DNA of 64,000 bases from Chlorokybus atmophyticus (taxonomy: Eukaryota > Plantae > Mesostigma and Chlorokybus algae): the NCBI GenBank assembly GCA_009103225.1, contig RHPI01003156.1, positions 1,174,159-1,238,158 of the forward strand. The letters are read 5' to 3'. Each line of letters begins with the position of its first letter. Position 1 is the stretch's first letter. A program made the position numbers and the translations under genes. The notes beneath the pieces were generated by a model, which saw only the letters and a program-made list of their open reading frames with translations, was not told where the DNA came from and did not search any database. Positions 12,061 to 24,480 of this stretch are shown one piece after another.

Positions 12061-13820
12061 ATGGCGGCGGTGGGGTTGGCGGGTGCGCGTCTGTGTCAGT
12101 CGTCGTGCTCCTCATCTACTTTGTTGCCTTCGTCGTCTACGTGCTCCCCGTTGCTTCCTTGGCTGCGCCGGCAGAAAGGAGAGCACGGTCGGCCGCCCCC
12201 TTCGCCAATTGTGCACTGCTGCGCTTCTCCATCACCTCCACCGCCGCAGTCAAAGCCTCACCAGGCTACGGACAACTCTCGCTTGGCCCAGACGCAAACT
12301 GCCTCCACGTCAGGCTCTCAGGCAAGCAGCCAGCAGGCCGTTGGTTTGCCCGCACTTGTGTAACTAACTGTAGATCAGCTTCAACTTACTTATAAGTGCA
12401 TTTGCTTTCATTGTTTGCACAAGCATGCAATTGCCGCGTGAACAGCTGTGTTGATGTGACTAATGGGTGCGTTCATAAAGTGAGACGGTGTCACTTGTGC
12501 TATTCTGGGCTGCTGAGTGTGGTATGCATGTCAGAGCTGCTATGCGCAGTCACCAGAATGCAGCAGGCACCACAATGCAGCAGGCACAGTTTGTTTACCT
12601 TTGTGCGTTCATGGTGTTCATGGGAGATCCGCTGAGTGGCTTCGTGGCAATGCAAACAGAATAGCGTTGCTTACAGTTGCACAGTGGTCATGGTCATGCG
12701 TGTTTGAGTTTGGTGTTCAATATTGCACACTTGACTGGCAGCACTTTGCATGGTAGACAGGTAGTTATCAGGAATTGGGAACCAAGAACTGTTATGGCCG
12801 TACATTGCGCAGAGCCGAAGCAATGGCGTTCATGCAGAGTACGCCCTCAACGGCGCCAACAGCTTGCGTACGGCAACAGCATCCACACCAGCACCAACAA
12901 TGGACAGAGCACGCACGCCGCAGCCAAAGGCACTAAATGGCGAGTTGAGTAAAGAAAGTAGTGTTATCGAGGGGGCAGAGGAGAAGCGCAAGAACCACTT
13001 GTATGAGAGCAGTTTCGTGCACTGGTTCAGGGACAGCAGTCCATACATACGCGGGCACCATGGCAGCACAATGGTTGTGGTAATGTCAGGCGACCTCGTG
13101 GCCAAGGACCACGTTGTGCGCTCGGTTCTCAAAGACATCGCCCTCCTGCACGGCCTCGGGGTCAACATTGTCCTCGTGGCGGGGGCTCAGACTCAGATCG
13201 ACTCGCTGCTGCGCAGCCGCGGGGTCAGACCCACCTTTGTTGGGCCCTACCGCGTCACCGATAAGGCCGCGCTGGATGCCGCCATGGAGGCAGCAGGCAG
13301 GTGTGTATGCTTGAGTATTCTCCTTATAGCTTCATGCGGTAGTCATTCACCTCAACTTTTTTGTGACAACCACGTGCATAGTTGTCATCGGTGTTTCTGT
13401 TGCAGGATACGTGTTGATATGGAGGCTCAGCTGTCTACAGGCTACCCCATCCCCGCGCTGAGACGGCATGGTGTGAGCTAGTTTCCAAGAGCAGGGTGTT
13501 GTGTCTATTGTGCATGCATGCAGTACTTAACAGAGGTGATGATTGCATTGTATAGGTGCGAGTGCGAGGTGGAGTCGGTCGATGTTGAGTGTGGCGAGCG
13601 GGAACTACGTGTTTGCAAAGAGGCGGGGGGTCATAGACGGTGTGGACTTTCACTACACAGGCGAGGTGAAGCGCGTGGACGCCAGCCGCCTTCGCGAGCG
13701 TATTGACTCAGGGGCAATTGTTATGCTCTCCAACCTCGGCTACTCCTCAGCGGGTGAAGTCCTCAACTGCAAGTAAGTGTGGCAAATCCCTCTCAGTGTT
13801 GTGTTCACGCATGCTGCTTG

Positions 13821-13863
<43 letters not shown>

Positions 13864-15099
13864 CGACGACGACGACGACGACGTTGAACCTGCCCTCTTG
13901 TTTTTCGCTGCTCAGTACAATTGAAGTGGCCACTGCTGCGGCTTCTGGACTTAAAGCAGACAAGCTCATAATCCTGGTGGACGGACCATGCGTCGAGGAC
14001 GATGACGGCAAGTAAGTGTGTGTTGGAGTTGAAGATGTGGGTGCGGGTGTGCGGGTTGTGTGAACAAAGGTCCATCTGCAGGACGGTGTCTTGGATGACG
14101 TTGCCCGACGCGGAGGCCATCATAGCGCAGGATGCAATGGACAGCAATGGCAATTATGCCTCTGCAGCGTACCCATCCAACTCCTCGAGCAACAACGTGT
14201 TCGATCGGCCTCGCTCCCCACAAAACTACACCGTGTACGACAACAATGACTTCCGTCCAGGCGCCCGCTCCGCCTCTCCTGGGTTCAATGCTTCTCCATC
14301 TAGAAGCATTGGGACTGTTGGGACCGTCACCGAGCAGGATGAGTATGTGGGCATTGCAGTGAGGCGGCCTGCCAGCGCTGGCAGCAACAACAGCAAGCAC
14401 CCCGTAGAGCTCGCGGCCGCTGTGCATGCGTGCCGGAACGGCGTGCAGCGCGTGCACTTGCTGGACGGCAACCTGGAGGGTGCGATGCTGCTGGAGCTGT
14501 ACACAATGGATGGCGTGGGCACGATGGTCTCGCTGGACAAGTATGAGGGCACGCGGCCAGCCGAACCACGTGACGTTGCGGGCATTATGGCCCTGTTGGA
14601 GCCTCTGCAGAAAGATGGGACTTTGCTCTGGCGATCACGTGAGGCCCTGGTAGCTGAGCTCCCGTGTTACACTGTTGTTGAGCGCGACGGCCACATCATC
14701 GCTTGCGCTGCGCTGATGACCTACTCCAGCGTCGGCGCGGGTGAGGTGGGTGCTTTCGCGGTGAGCAAAGAGAAGCGCGGGGAGGGCCTCGGGGACTCCC
14801 TCCTGGACTACCTCGAGCAGCGCGCTTTGGACCGAGGCCTCAAGCGCATGTTCCTCCTCACCACGCGCACCGCCGACTGGTTCTGCCAGCGCGGCTTTGA
14901 ACCCGTCCCCAAGCACCTCGTCACACGCGTCGTCCCCCCCGAACGCCTCCTCCGCATGCATCCGGGCCGCAACTCTCAGGTGTTTGTCAAGGACCTCACC
15001 GTCAAGCAGCCCCCTGCTGGACCCCCTATCCGTGCCAAAAAGGGCCCACCGCACACCGGGCACTCTCTACCTGCAAGGGGGCAGTCGCCCTACTCATAG
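12061..15099 (+). CDS. NAGS: Amino-acid (glutamate) N-acetyltransferase, ArgA-type N-acetylglutamate synthase, with transit peptide
   Basis: AAK domain: FVHWFRDSSPYIRGH, DIALLHGLG, VASGNY, GVDFHYTGEV, LGYSSAGEVLN, GVQRVHLLDG..LLELYTMDGVGTM. GNAT domain: ERDGHIIACAAL, RGEGLGDSLL, LTTRTADWF..RGF, RNSQVFVK. The first exon is Ser/Pro-rich and transit-like; its 3' boundary is unresolved. Stop TAG at 15099. Confidence 0.9.
13821..13883 (+). repeat. Compound (AAC)n(GAC)n microsatellite in a NAGS intron
   Basis: Perfect ACA/CAA run followed by a GAC run inside the GT-AG intron that starts at ~13773. Confidence 0.95.
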
Positions 15100-16950
15100 T
15101 TGATACCAAGAAAGATGCGTGTCAACAGATTAGTTAGTACTTGTACTATTTCTTCACAAAGGTATCTGTGTGGCCTGGCAAGAGGCCGGTTGTAATGGTG
15201 TGATACAGGGTGTGGGGTAATTTGCAGTTGTGGAGAACCAGTATACTCGCATGGGCTGGCGTATTGAGATTGCCCTGGAGGTTCTGTGCAGGCACAGTTG
15301 CCAAGCACAAATGATTAGCCAATGGGTTTTGAACCGACACTTGGTTGGATGTTTTATGTACAAATGCGTGTACCACCATGTTATTTGATGGAACGTACAT
15401 GCCAAACGAATCTACTGCGCCTTTCCAGCTATGCCACATTGCTGTTGTACACCAAAAACAGGTCAGCAAGCAAGCAACAAGTATTACAGCTATACTGTAC
15501 ATAGCTAAGCACCCCATATATATGCCGGCACAGCAACATACCCCTTTTGTGCAGCAGAGCCCTAGGTAGGGGCCGATGCAACTAGCAAGCTAAGTACAAG
15601 CACAGCAGTAGCAGTGGCGTTGCCTAACTGACAACGACTGACACAGCAATTGGACATAGCAAGACACAGTACCACACCCCTTATATACATAATATCACAA
15701 AGTAGTGCAAAAGCAATGCTATGTGGGTATGCTCAAGCATCCGAGCTGGCCCATGCCCGTGGTATGCTGTGCAATACCGTGTGTACATCATACTCACTTA
15801 CCGTAGTCCATGGTGAAGTGGCACATGCAATGACGCCGGAGCACTACCGCCCCGGTCACCCCCGCGCATGCTATACCATCTAGGTGTTGCATAGGGCACC
15901 CGGTAGCGCACATAATACCCAAGCACGTGGCGCATATAAACATTTGCAATAGCAATGTCTGTTAAGCTTCTTCGCAAGCTACACAGGCAACTTGGCAAGG
16001 AAGGCGCGAGCTTTGCATGCAACCATGCATGTTGCCACGGCTCTTGAAATTGAGACACTTGAGACACATTAAGATGCACAGATGTGATATCTGGCTCAGC
16101 CATTCGTAAGTCAACCAAACACAAACGCTCGAGCTTTTGTCATGAGTTGGTTACCGATAGTCAACTCAAACTCTTGTTGTTGCTAGCATGGTTGACAGTT
16201 TAAGGTTGAACACATACATAGGCATTCCAACCATACAAGTATGCACAGCACACATACGTGTAGCGCATTTTCTGTGCATACACACACACGCACAATAGGC
16301 AGCCAGCAAGGCAAGGCAAACAATCAATTAACAACGGGGGCCAAGGCTACACTACGTGTATGCATCTATGTGCGTGCAAGGCGGGCAAGCAGGCACGGTA
16401 GGGAGAGTAGTTCTCAGCTGCCAACCTAAGCAGCAGAAGGGTACGCTCAGAAGTCGATAGAGCACCGTAGGAAAAGCAGCAGCAGCAAGCAAGAGCAAGG
16501 ACAGAGCGCACGGGGTGTGCAATGCTGTGCTGTCATACAAATACATTCACTGCTCAAGTAATAAATGCACTGAATCTACAAGGCATCATCAGTGATTATA
16601 GCCCCTCAGAACACTATGTAAGATGGTTCAAATACGTTATGAGTCGGACATCGTGGGTTGAATTGGGACGGAAAAAACCTACGATCCGAAGTTTTAATGC
16701 CGGTACCGCTGAAGCACTTGCACCGGGTTAGACTCACCTGCAGTGTCGCGTTAACGGGACATTGCACGAGGCGGCGGCGGCGGCGGCATTGCCGTGGTGA
16801 TGGACGTCCCAGCGGCGACGTGGTAGGACGCCTTTCTCTCTTAGGGCTTACTGGAGAGTCGTGCGCAAGGAGATTGTTGTGGAGCTGCTTGACGGTGACG
16901 CTGGCGGAGGCGCCGAGGGCCAGGCCGGGCGCCGCCCGTGCTAGCGCTGC

Positions 16951-19900
16951 ATGGCGCTGGAGCTGACTGCTGCCGCCACCCTGGTGGTGTCACCCACGTC
17001 ATTGTCGTCGTCGTCGCTGCTGTCGCCGTCGCCGTCGCTACTCCGCCAGGCCACCTGGCCCTCCGCAGCACCCGGCATGTGGAGGGCCAGGAGAGCTGTC
17101 GCAGGAGCGTTGGCAGCAGCCGCTTCCGCCTCCGCCTCCGCCTCCGCCGGCGCGTCTAGGGCTTCGTCCAAGGCGTCGTCAAGGGTAGGGTCCAGCTTCA
17201 CCGCTTCCTCCTCCTGCTCCTCGTGCTCCTCTTCCTGGCTGGGCGTACTCTTCAGGCCGTCATTAGGCTGGTCTCAAGGCCAATTGCTCACAAGGGGGCA
17301 GGTTAGGGCTGCGGCACAGGCGGCCACCGCCGTCCTGCACTATGACAGGCGGGGCGGGGGCGCCGCTGTAGCAGAGCAGGAGGATGACAGTGACGCTGAT
17401 TACTACGCGCAACCCAACCCCGAGCGAGACAAGGCAAGTCTGATTGTAGAAGTAAATCTCACATGAGCATTCTTTACATAGCATGCAGCTGTAAGACGAG
17501 TAGTGTTTGTACCCAAGTATCAAGTTGCAATTGTAAACTTTGCAACAAGAAACTCTTGTGTGGCTGTGTGTATATTTTAAGTGTCAATGCCGTGTGCGCA
17601 TTGGCAATTTGGTTGTTGATAATTCCCATCACATCGGTTTGCTGCAGCTAGTGTTTAGATCAGTGCATTGGGTGCACAGTGGACACATCATGCAAGTCCA
17701 GGACACCTTAGAAATCACGGAAGCATCTTTTGAACCATGTTGCATGTTGCTGGTTTATGCAGGTCCTTGATGAGCTTGCAAAAGCAGCTGCAGTGTTACG
17801 GAAAGACCATCAGGCCGACATTGACGATGTACTTATTGTGGACACCGTCGACAAGGCTGCATGGCTCATCAAATGGCTGACAGGGACCCAGCTCAAGGAC
17901 GCCGTGCATGCTTGGGATGTTGAGGTATCAAGTGCGGTTGTGTCACTATCGCAGCATAGCTTGTGAGCAGTATGCTATGCTATGCTATGCTATGCTATGC
18001 TACATATAGATCTTTACCCGATGCTTTGGTCTGCAGACAACTGGGATTGATCCCCGTGCTGAAACGCCAGTTGGCCACGGCCGTATCATCTGCTTGAGCA
18101 TGTACTGCGGCAAGATAGGCAGTGAGGTGATAACTTGCATGCTGCAATGTTGCCCCCACCCCACGCCCACCACCACCACGCGCGCAGCCTCCACTGCGCG
18201 CGCGTGGCGGGCATGGTTGAGTCTGATGTTACACAGAACGCAGTGTTGTTGTGATTTATTTTTGCTCTCTGCAAACGTGTTTTGAATGACCTTGGTAGTT
18301 GTCAGGCTCATGCAGACTCCCCACCGCGTTTCTGCTGCTTAGGTGTTCAGAGTGAAGGATGGTTCCCAGAAAGCTCGTGTTTGGATAGATTGCCTCCAAG
18401 CTGGCACGCACGACACCAATCAAGACATGCTGAACGTGTTGAAACCATACTTTGAGAATCCCAACATCAAGAAGGTATCAACTCCAACACCGCACAAACC
18501 TGAAACCAGTCAGAGTCACTGACGTGCTCACACTGTTGTGGGTGACACCAACAACAGATTTGGCACAATTACGGGTTCGACAGGCACATCCTGCAGAACC
18601 ATGGGATTACTCCCCGCGGGTTCTCTGGTGACACCATGCACATGGCGCGCTTGTATGACTCCTCTCGCAGAGGCCTCCTGGGTTACTCGCTGGAGTCGCT
18701 GTCGTCGTGCAAGGAGTTGATATCGGGGCATGATGACCTCTGGGTACATGAGGAGATGCCCACACCCAAGGTGATGATGATGTTAGTGGCGCTCGTTGTG
18801 GTGTGTTTGTGCCTGCGCTGTTTGGTTGTCAGTGGTGGTTGCTGATATTGTTCTATGTCGTGTGCAAGAACAGATACCTATGAAAACGCTCTTCGGAAGG
18901 TTCAAATTGAAAAAGGATGGCACCGACAGCAAAGTGAAAGAGCTACCAAGTACTCTTGAGCTCCAGGTTGATTATCATGATGCGTGCGTGCCCTTTCCAT
19001 CGCGCGTGTACCTTAGATCGTGCTGTGTTCAATGATATCTGCTGGCCCTTTCCATCTGGTGTTCAGATTCTTCCCATGCATAGAAGCAGCTGGATCAATT
19101 ACTCGGCCAGAGACACTCAGATGACTTGGCTGCTGCACGAGGGCTTGAAGGTGAAGTTGCAGAGGACAAAACTCCCGCACACACCTGACATGCATCCGTT
19201 CCTGCTGAAGCTGACGTGAGTGGCAGCAGCAGTGAGCTGGTGGTTGTGGTGTAATGCATAACGATGTGATATGCGCAGTTGGCCATTGCAGGAGTCTTTA
19301 TGACGTTTACGAACGCTTCTGGCGGCCTTTTGGTAACCTCTTGACAGAGATGGAGCACACTGGAATCTACGTGGATCAGTCGTACCTCAAAGACATAGAG
19401 GCGCAGGTATATGTCTTGCACGGTGGTGACGAAGTTAACTTTGCCATAACGTATGAAACCATCAGCGCGCTGGCAGGCGCTGGCAGACCAGGAGATGTAC
19501 ACCAAAGTCTTTAGAAATTGGGTCGCGCAGTACTGCCCCGATGCACGGTTTATGAATGCCGGGAGCGAGCAGCAGGTTGGCTTGCGATTGTGCACGCATG
19601 CTTCAATGTGTGCAACTCAGCTTTGCGGCATTGTGACTTTGTGACTGCTTCCGGTTCGCAGCTTCGCACGCTCTTCTTTGCTGGAGCCCAACAGAAGTCA
19701 GCAGAAGAGAGGGACGAAAATGGCAATGTGTTGGAGCCTTCAATTGTGGCGTTGGAGCGCACATTCAAGGTCAGGCATGAACCTACAGCACTTGTGCTGC
19801 CGAACCATTCACAAAGTTGTTCTTGCAAGCTATGGATTGCACTTTTAAACTTGAGCCAGCCAGCTACTGCATGTGTAGTTTTCACAACAACGTTCTTGCC

Positions 19901-22423
19901 GCTTTGTTCAATCAAGCGCAATGGTGGCGCAACCTGTTAACACAACGCGCTGTCGGGTGTTGTGGTTCAGGTACCCAACGTGGATGGGTACATTGAGCCT
20001 GGCCGCGAGGGCAAGCCCCCCAAGAAGCAGCGCCCAATCACTCTGCGAGGCATTGTGCCCGCTGACAGGCCAATAGTAGCAGAGCTGTTCACTCCCAAGG
20101 GGTGGCCTGCTGTGAGTGGGGTCGTCATGCAGTCCTTGGCCGGCAAAGACCCAGGCACGCCACACGCCTTTTCCCGTGGAGCATGCTGTTGGCATGCAGT
20201 AGCAGCATGATCTAGTGCTTGTGTTCTTGTTTGCGTGGCGCAGCTTGGTGATTGACATCAGGCATCTGCTTGCAGAAAGTGGCAAGTACGGGAAAGCTTA
20301 CGATGCATTTGGAGGTGGGGATCCAGGTGCTGCTGCGTGCAAAGCCATACAAGCGCTCTGTCAAATAAGCAGCATCAACACGTTGCTGTCCAACTTCATA
20401 CTTGCTCTGCAGGCAAGACAAGAAACGAAACTGTTGCTCTCAACTGTTGACACTGCTAACATTCCGTGTCAGGCTTGTAGATACAAAAGATTGCATGCAT
20501 TCATCAATGATCTGACAAACTCTGTGCCTTGCCAGAGTGACGCCATCAAGTCACCGGATGATCGGGTGCACTGCTCGCTTAACATCAATACAGAAACTGG
20601 TCGCTTGTCAGCTCGGCGACCAAATGTGCAGGTTAGTGTCTTATTTTGCAACGTAGTGTGGCGCATATGCACAACAGTTGATGACATTAGTGACTGAACA
20701 TGCCTGGTACATGAACACTTGTTTCAGAACCAGCCTGCTTTGGAAAAAGACAGGTACAAGATTCGCCGTGCATTCATGGCCACAGAGGGCAACGCGCTCG
20801 TTGTCGCTGATTATGGCCAGGCAAGCCGCAGTTGCACGCTCGCCTAGCCTTGTTGGAACTGTGTGTTACAATTGTCCTTGCCGTGTTGAAATCGTGTGTA
20901 GTCATTCTGTGCTGTTTCTGGTGAGCATTTTGGCCTTATTCTATATTTTGCTTGCAGCTGGAGCTGCGGATACTTGCTAGCATCACCAACTGTGCCAGCA
21001 TGATAGAAGCATTCAAGGCGGGTGGTGACTTCCACTCACGCACAGCCATGGGGATGTACAACCACGTTCGCAAGGTGGAGATCTGGGTGCTTGTTGTTGG
21101 AACTGTTGCGCTTGTTGTGTTCAATGTTGAAGGTTTCAAAGCTTTTGACAATGGTTGACTCTGTCGTCAGGCTGTTGACAACGGTGATGTTTTGCTGGAA
21201 TGGGACAAAGCCAAGGATGGGCCCGCCCCAAAGCCCATGTTGAAGGTGCTAGTGCAAACCACATTGCATGCTGCATTTGCACTGGTTGTGGGCATGTGTT
21301 GTGCAAGCAGTTCGTCTCGCATGTTGACCATACTGGTTAGCAAGTGGTTGCTTTGCACAATAGCGTGACCAGTTTACAGCAACGCCCCTGGTGCCGGCAT
21401 TGCGCTGAGCTGCTTTGTGTTTTAGGACGCTTTTGCTTCAGAAAGGCGCAAAGCAAAGACTCTGAACTTCTCAATAGCTTATGGCAAAACAGCTGCTGGC
21501 CTTGCAAAAGACTGGAAGGTATCTTGGCGCAGTGCAGGGCTTGCAGTGCGGATACGCTTGTGCGGATTCTTGTGTACCAGTTCTCCGGCAAAGCTCACAT
21601 ATGGGGTGGTTGTGGCAGATTACACAAGAAGAAGCCATGGAAACTCTTGAGCTTTGGTATCGGGATCGCCCAGAAGTGCGCAAGTGGCAGTTGGCTCGCA
21701 AACAGCAGGTGTGATTAAGACTTTTTCATGCACGCATGCACTCGCTGCTGGACTGCAGCACCCTTGCAAATCTGCTGTATTGCACGCTTGGCGGTAGGCT
21801 TCTTGCGCAAGTATTCATGGGCGCATGTTACAGGTGAACAACCACGGCTTTGTCGAGACCCTTCTTGGACGCAGGCGCAACATACCTGAGGCCAAAATCA
21901 GCGCACGTGAGAAAAAGAAGCTTGAGGCAAAATGGAACCGCGACAATTTCCTTGCAAACCAGAAGCGCTACCATGGCGAGCGAGCGGCGATCAACACCCC
22001 CATACAGGTCTGTCAGCCATGCAACTGTTTCGTAGGTTGCGTGCTGCTGATTGTCAGTGCCTTCCAGGGCAGCGCAGCAGATGTGGTCATGTTGGCAATG
22101 CTGGAGATTGAGAAGAGTCAGGTGTTGAGGGACTTGGGCTTCAAGCTGCTACTGCAAATTCATGATGAGGTGATTGCAAATGTGCATTGTCGGCTGCGCG
22201 CGGTAAATAGGACGGGTCCACTCATCACAGCAAGTTGAGGTGTGCCAAGCATCAACACAGTTTTCCCTTGCAGGTGATTCTGGAAGGACCTGAAGCGCAT
22301 GCCAAACAGGCGCTCCAGGAGGTGGTCAAGCTAATGGGCGCTCCGTTTGATGGAGAGAACATTCTGAAAGTGGACTTGGCAGTGGACGCAAAATGTGCAA
22401 AGACGTGGTTTGATGCCAAGTAG
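16951..22423 (+). CDS. POP: Plant organellar DNA polymerase (POP, family A / Pol I-like) with 3'-5' exonuclease, 21 exons
   Basis: Ser/Ala-rich targeting peptide. Exonuclease motifs: ExoI WDVETTGID..TPVGHGRIICLSMYCG, ExoII HNYGFDRH, ExoIII WINYSARD. Also RVHCSLNINTETGRLSARRPN. Polymerase motifs: A VADYGQLELRILA, B RRKAKTLNFSIAYG, ERAAINTPIQGSAAD, C LQIHDEV. Ends TWFDAK*. Confidence 0.95.
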
Positions 22424-22729
22424 TTGCAGACATGTGTACAGGTAGCGCTTGCGATAGGACTCGTATTGTAGTGCATCTCCTTGGTCGTGACAGCCCCTCT
22501 GTGATGAAGGACAGTGAGCTTTCCACCCCTCCCAGTTTGGTGGCGCTGACACTACCACGACCACCAATGCAGCCACAGCAGCTAAGGCCCACCATGTTCT
22601 CATGAGCATACCTACTCACATCAACACCAAGCAAAGATCGCTAGAGCAACAGCAACCCAATCCAGGTGTCGTACTTTGAAGCATCGCATTGGTCATCGCA
22701 CTGGTCATCCCATCACACCCAAAGGCCAT

Positions 22730-23256
22730 GTGGGCAGGTGATACATTGTGGTACATGCATGCTTGCATGACTACCGGGGTGCTGGTATAGTTGATAGTCT
22801 AGGCGTAGTAGTGTAGCCCGGTGGTTGAAGGTATGTGAAGATGCACGCCTGCAGTGTGTTGACACAATGAATGACACTATGCATGAGCTACCACGTCCCG
22901 CATTTTTTATACCTTGATGTGTGCTACGAAACTAGTGCATGCACTAGTGATAGGCAACTAAGCAGCAAGCATGACATAATCTTTGCTGTTAGTAATTCAA
23001 GAGAACAGGCAAGTAGTCTACTATGGCTAGGCGGTAGCATAGGTTAGGCGAGAGCAGGCAGGCCCCACCCCAGTGCTTAGCAGCATCCAACTTAGCCTGC
23101 TTAGCATATTACAATTGTTGTACATGCCAGGTACAACAACCTCACATACAACTGTGGGGACTCTACTTGTGTATAGGTAACTACGCATGCATGTTGACTA
23201 ACGGGGCAAGGGCTTAGCGAAAGTAGCTACCTAGTTTGTATAGGTAGCCCGGTGGT
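22730..23256 (+). repeat. Two degenerate copies of a dispersed repeat ending in TAGCCCGGTGGT (probable 3' ends of the REL retroelement family)
   Basis: TAGCCCGGTGGT at 22814-22825 and 23245-23256. Upstream blocks GTGGGCAGGTG and CTAACGGGG are shared with the retroelement fragments at 58.8 kb and 31.06 kb. Confidence 0.45.
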
Positions 23257-23949
23257 GTAAGAAGTTGTTTGCTAGCGTTTGCAAGTGTGCGTGTGTGTGT
23301 GCATGTCATGTTCACAATGCAATGGGGTCACATGCATAACATTGCATATATGTTATACACAAGCAATGCCGCAGTTCAAGTTGTAAAACATATATCATAG
23401 TAGGAAGTTACATAATTGTAAGAAGTGAGAGGTTGCGCATGATAACATATTTTAAGATTTGAACTTGCAAATTTCATTCTCCTTGATTGTGCTAAAAATT
23501 GCTTGTGAGGTATCAACAATATGTAATGGTCTCGAATGCACATGTGCTTAACAAGGGTGTCAACGATGAACATGGCGGTGATGGCCTGATTGATGCGATG
23601 ATTGTAGTTATATGCACCTATCGAATGCACTTATTTGAGCAAAATTGAAGCGTGAAAGCAGCTTTTTTGCCCTATGAAGCTAATGCATAATACAGTGTTA
23701 CATAATTTATAAAACGAGAGCTTTTATAACTTAATTGATGTATGTAAGTGATAAATGTTGCATAGGTGTACATACCTCTGTGCAGTTTTAAGAGCAAGTG
23801 ATTGTGCACTATAAACAATATCGTGCATGCGCTTTGTAAGGAAACTATTGTTGATTACATGTTTCTATGCTCACGTGTAAACTTGGTGGCGAAGAAAGTT
23901 GGGCGTGCCTTTCTTCGCACGCATGGAACTCTTACTCAAAGGTACCTAT

Positions 23950-24480
23950 GCATTTTTCTGAAGGTGAGTGCAGCTCTTAACCAAGTGTGCACATGTTGCA
24001 TTGCATACAAAGATGCACTTGCAGCCGGTATGTCCTTCACGGCAATGGATACTCTTTGTTGCAGATGACCAGCACGTATGGCAAACTTCAAGTCCTGGCA
24101 AGCTTTCGCCAAGACTAAAGGACTGCGCATCTTGCAACCACCTGTTCGTGGGTGCGTACGTGCATTCATCTTGGAGTACAACGCTCTTCTTCTCTTTATT
24201 CAAGCTGAGGTGGAGGCTAGTATAGGAAATTTTATCGCAAAAGCGCTACATGACATGCTGCAAATGGATATCGTTCTAGGGTCTCTAGCATTGTTGCCAT
24301 TGTTAGACGAGTTGAGTGGGCTGACGGATGTCTGCCAGAAAAAGGATGTGCACTTTTTCACTTTGGCCGAGCTGATTGGTGCATGTATGCAATTGATGCA
24401 AAGTGAGTACGTGCTTAATAATGGTGCCTTCTCAAACCCATTGCTGAAGAAGATAACATTTGCTGCTTGTATAAGTGTGT
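23950..24480 (+). mobile_element. Degenerate hAT-type (ZNF862-like) transposase remnant
   Basis: CCIAYKDALAA resembles the hAT C-x-x-H (HCIAHRLALA) motif. It is followed by WQAFAKTKGLRILQPPVR...EYNALLLF...LALLPLLDELSGL..VCQKKDV, matching the layout of the hAT insertion domain. Interrupted by stops; no TIRs identified. Confidence 0.4.

Noticed and set aside
13703-14153. Poly-N/T/V/C ORFs
   Set aside because: (AAC)n(GAC)n repeat within a NAGS intron.
21905-21965. Small intron explaining the POP insertion
   Set aside because: Candidate GT..AG lengths (56, 59 nt) break the frame into ERAAIN.
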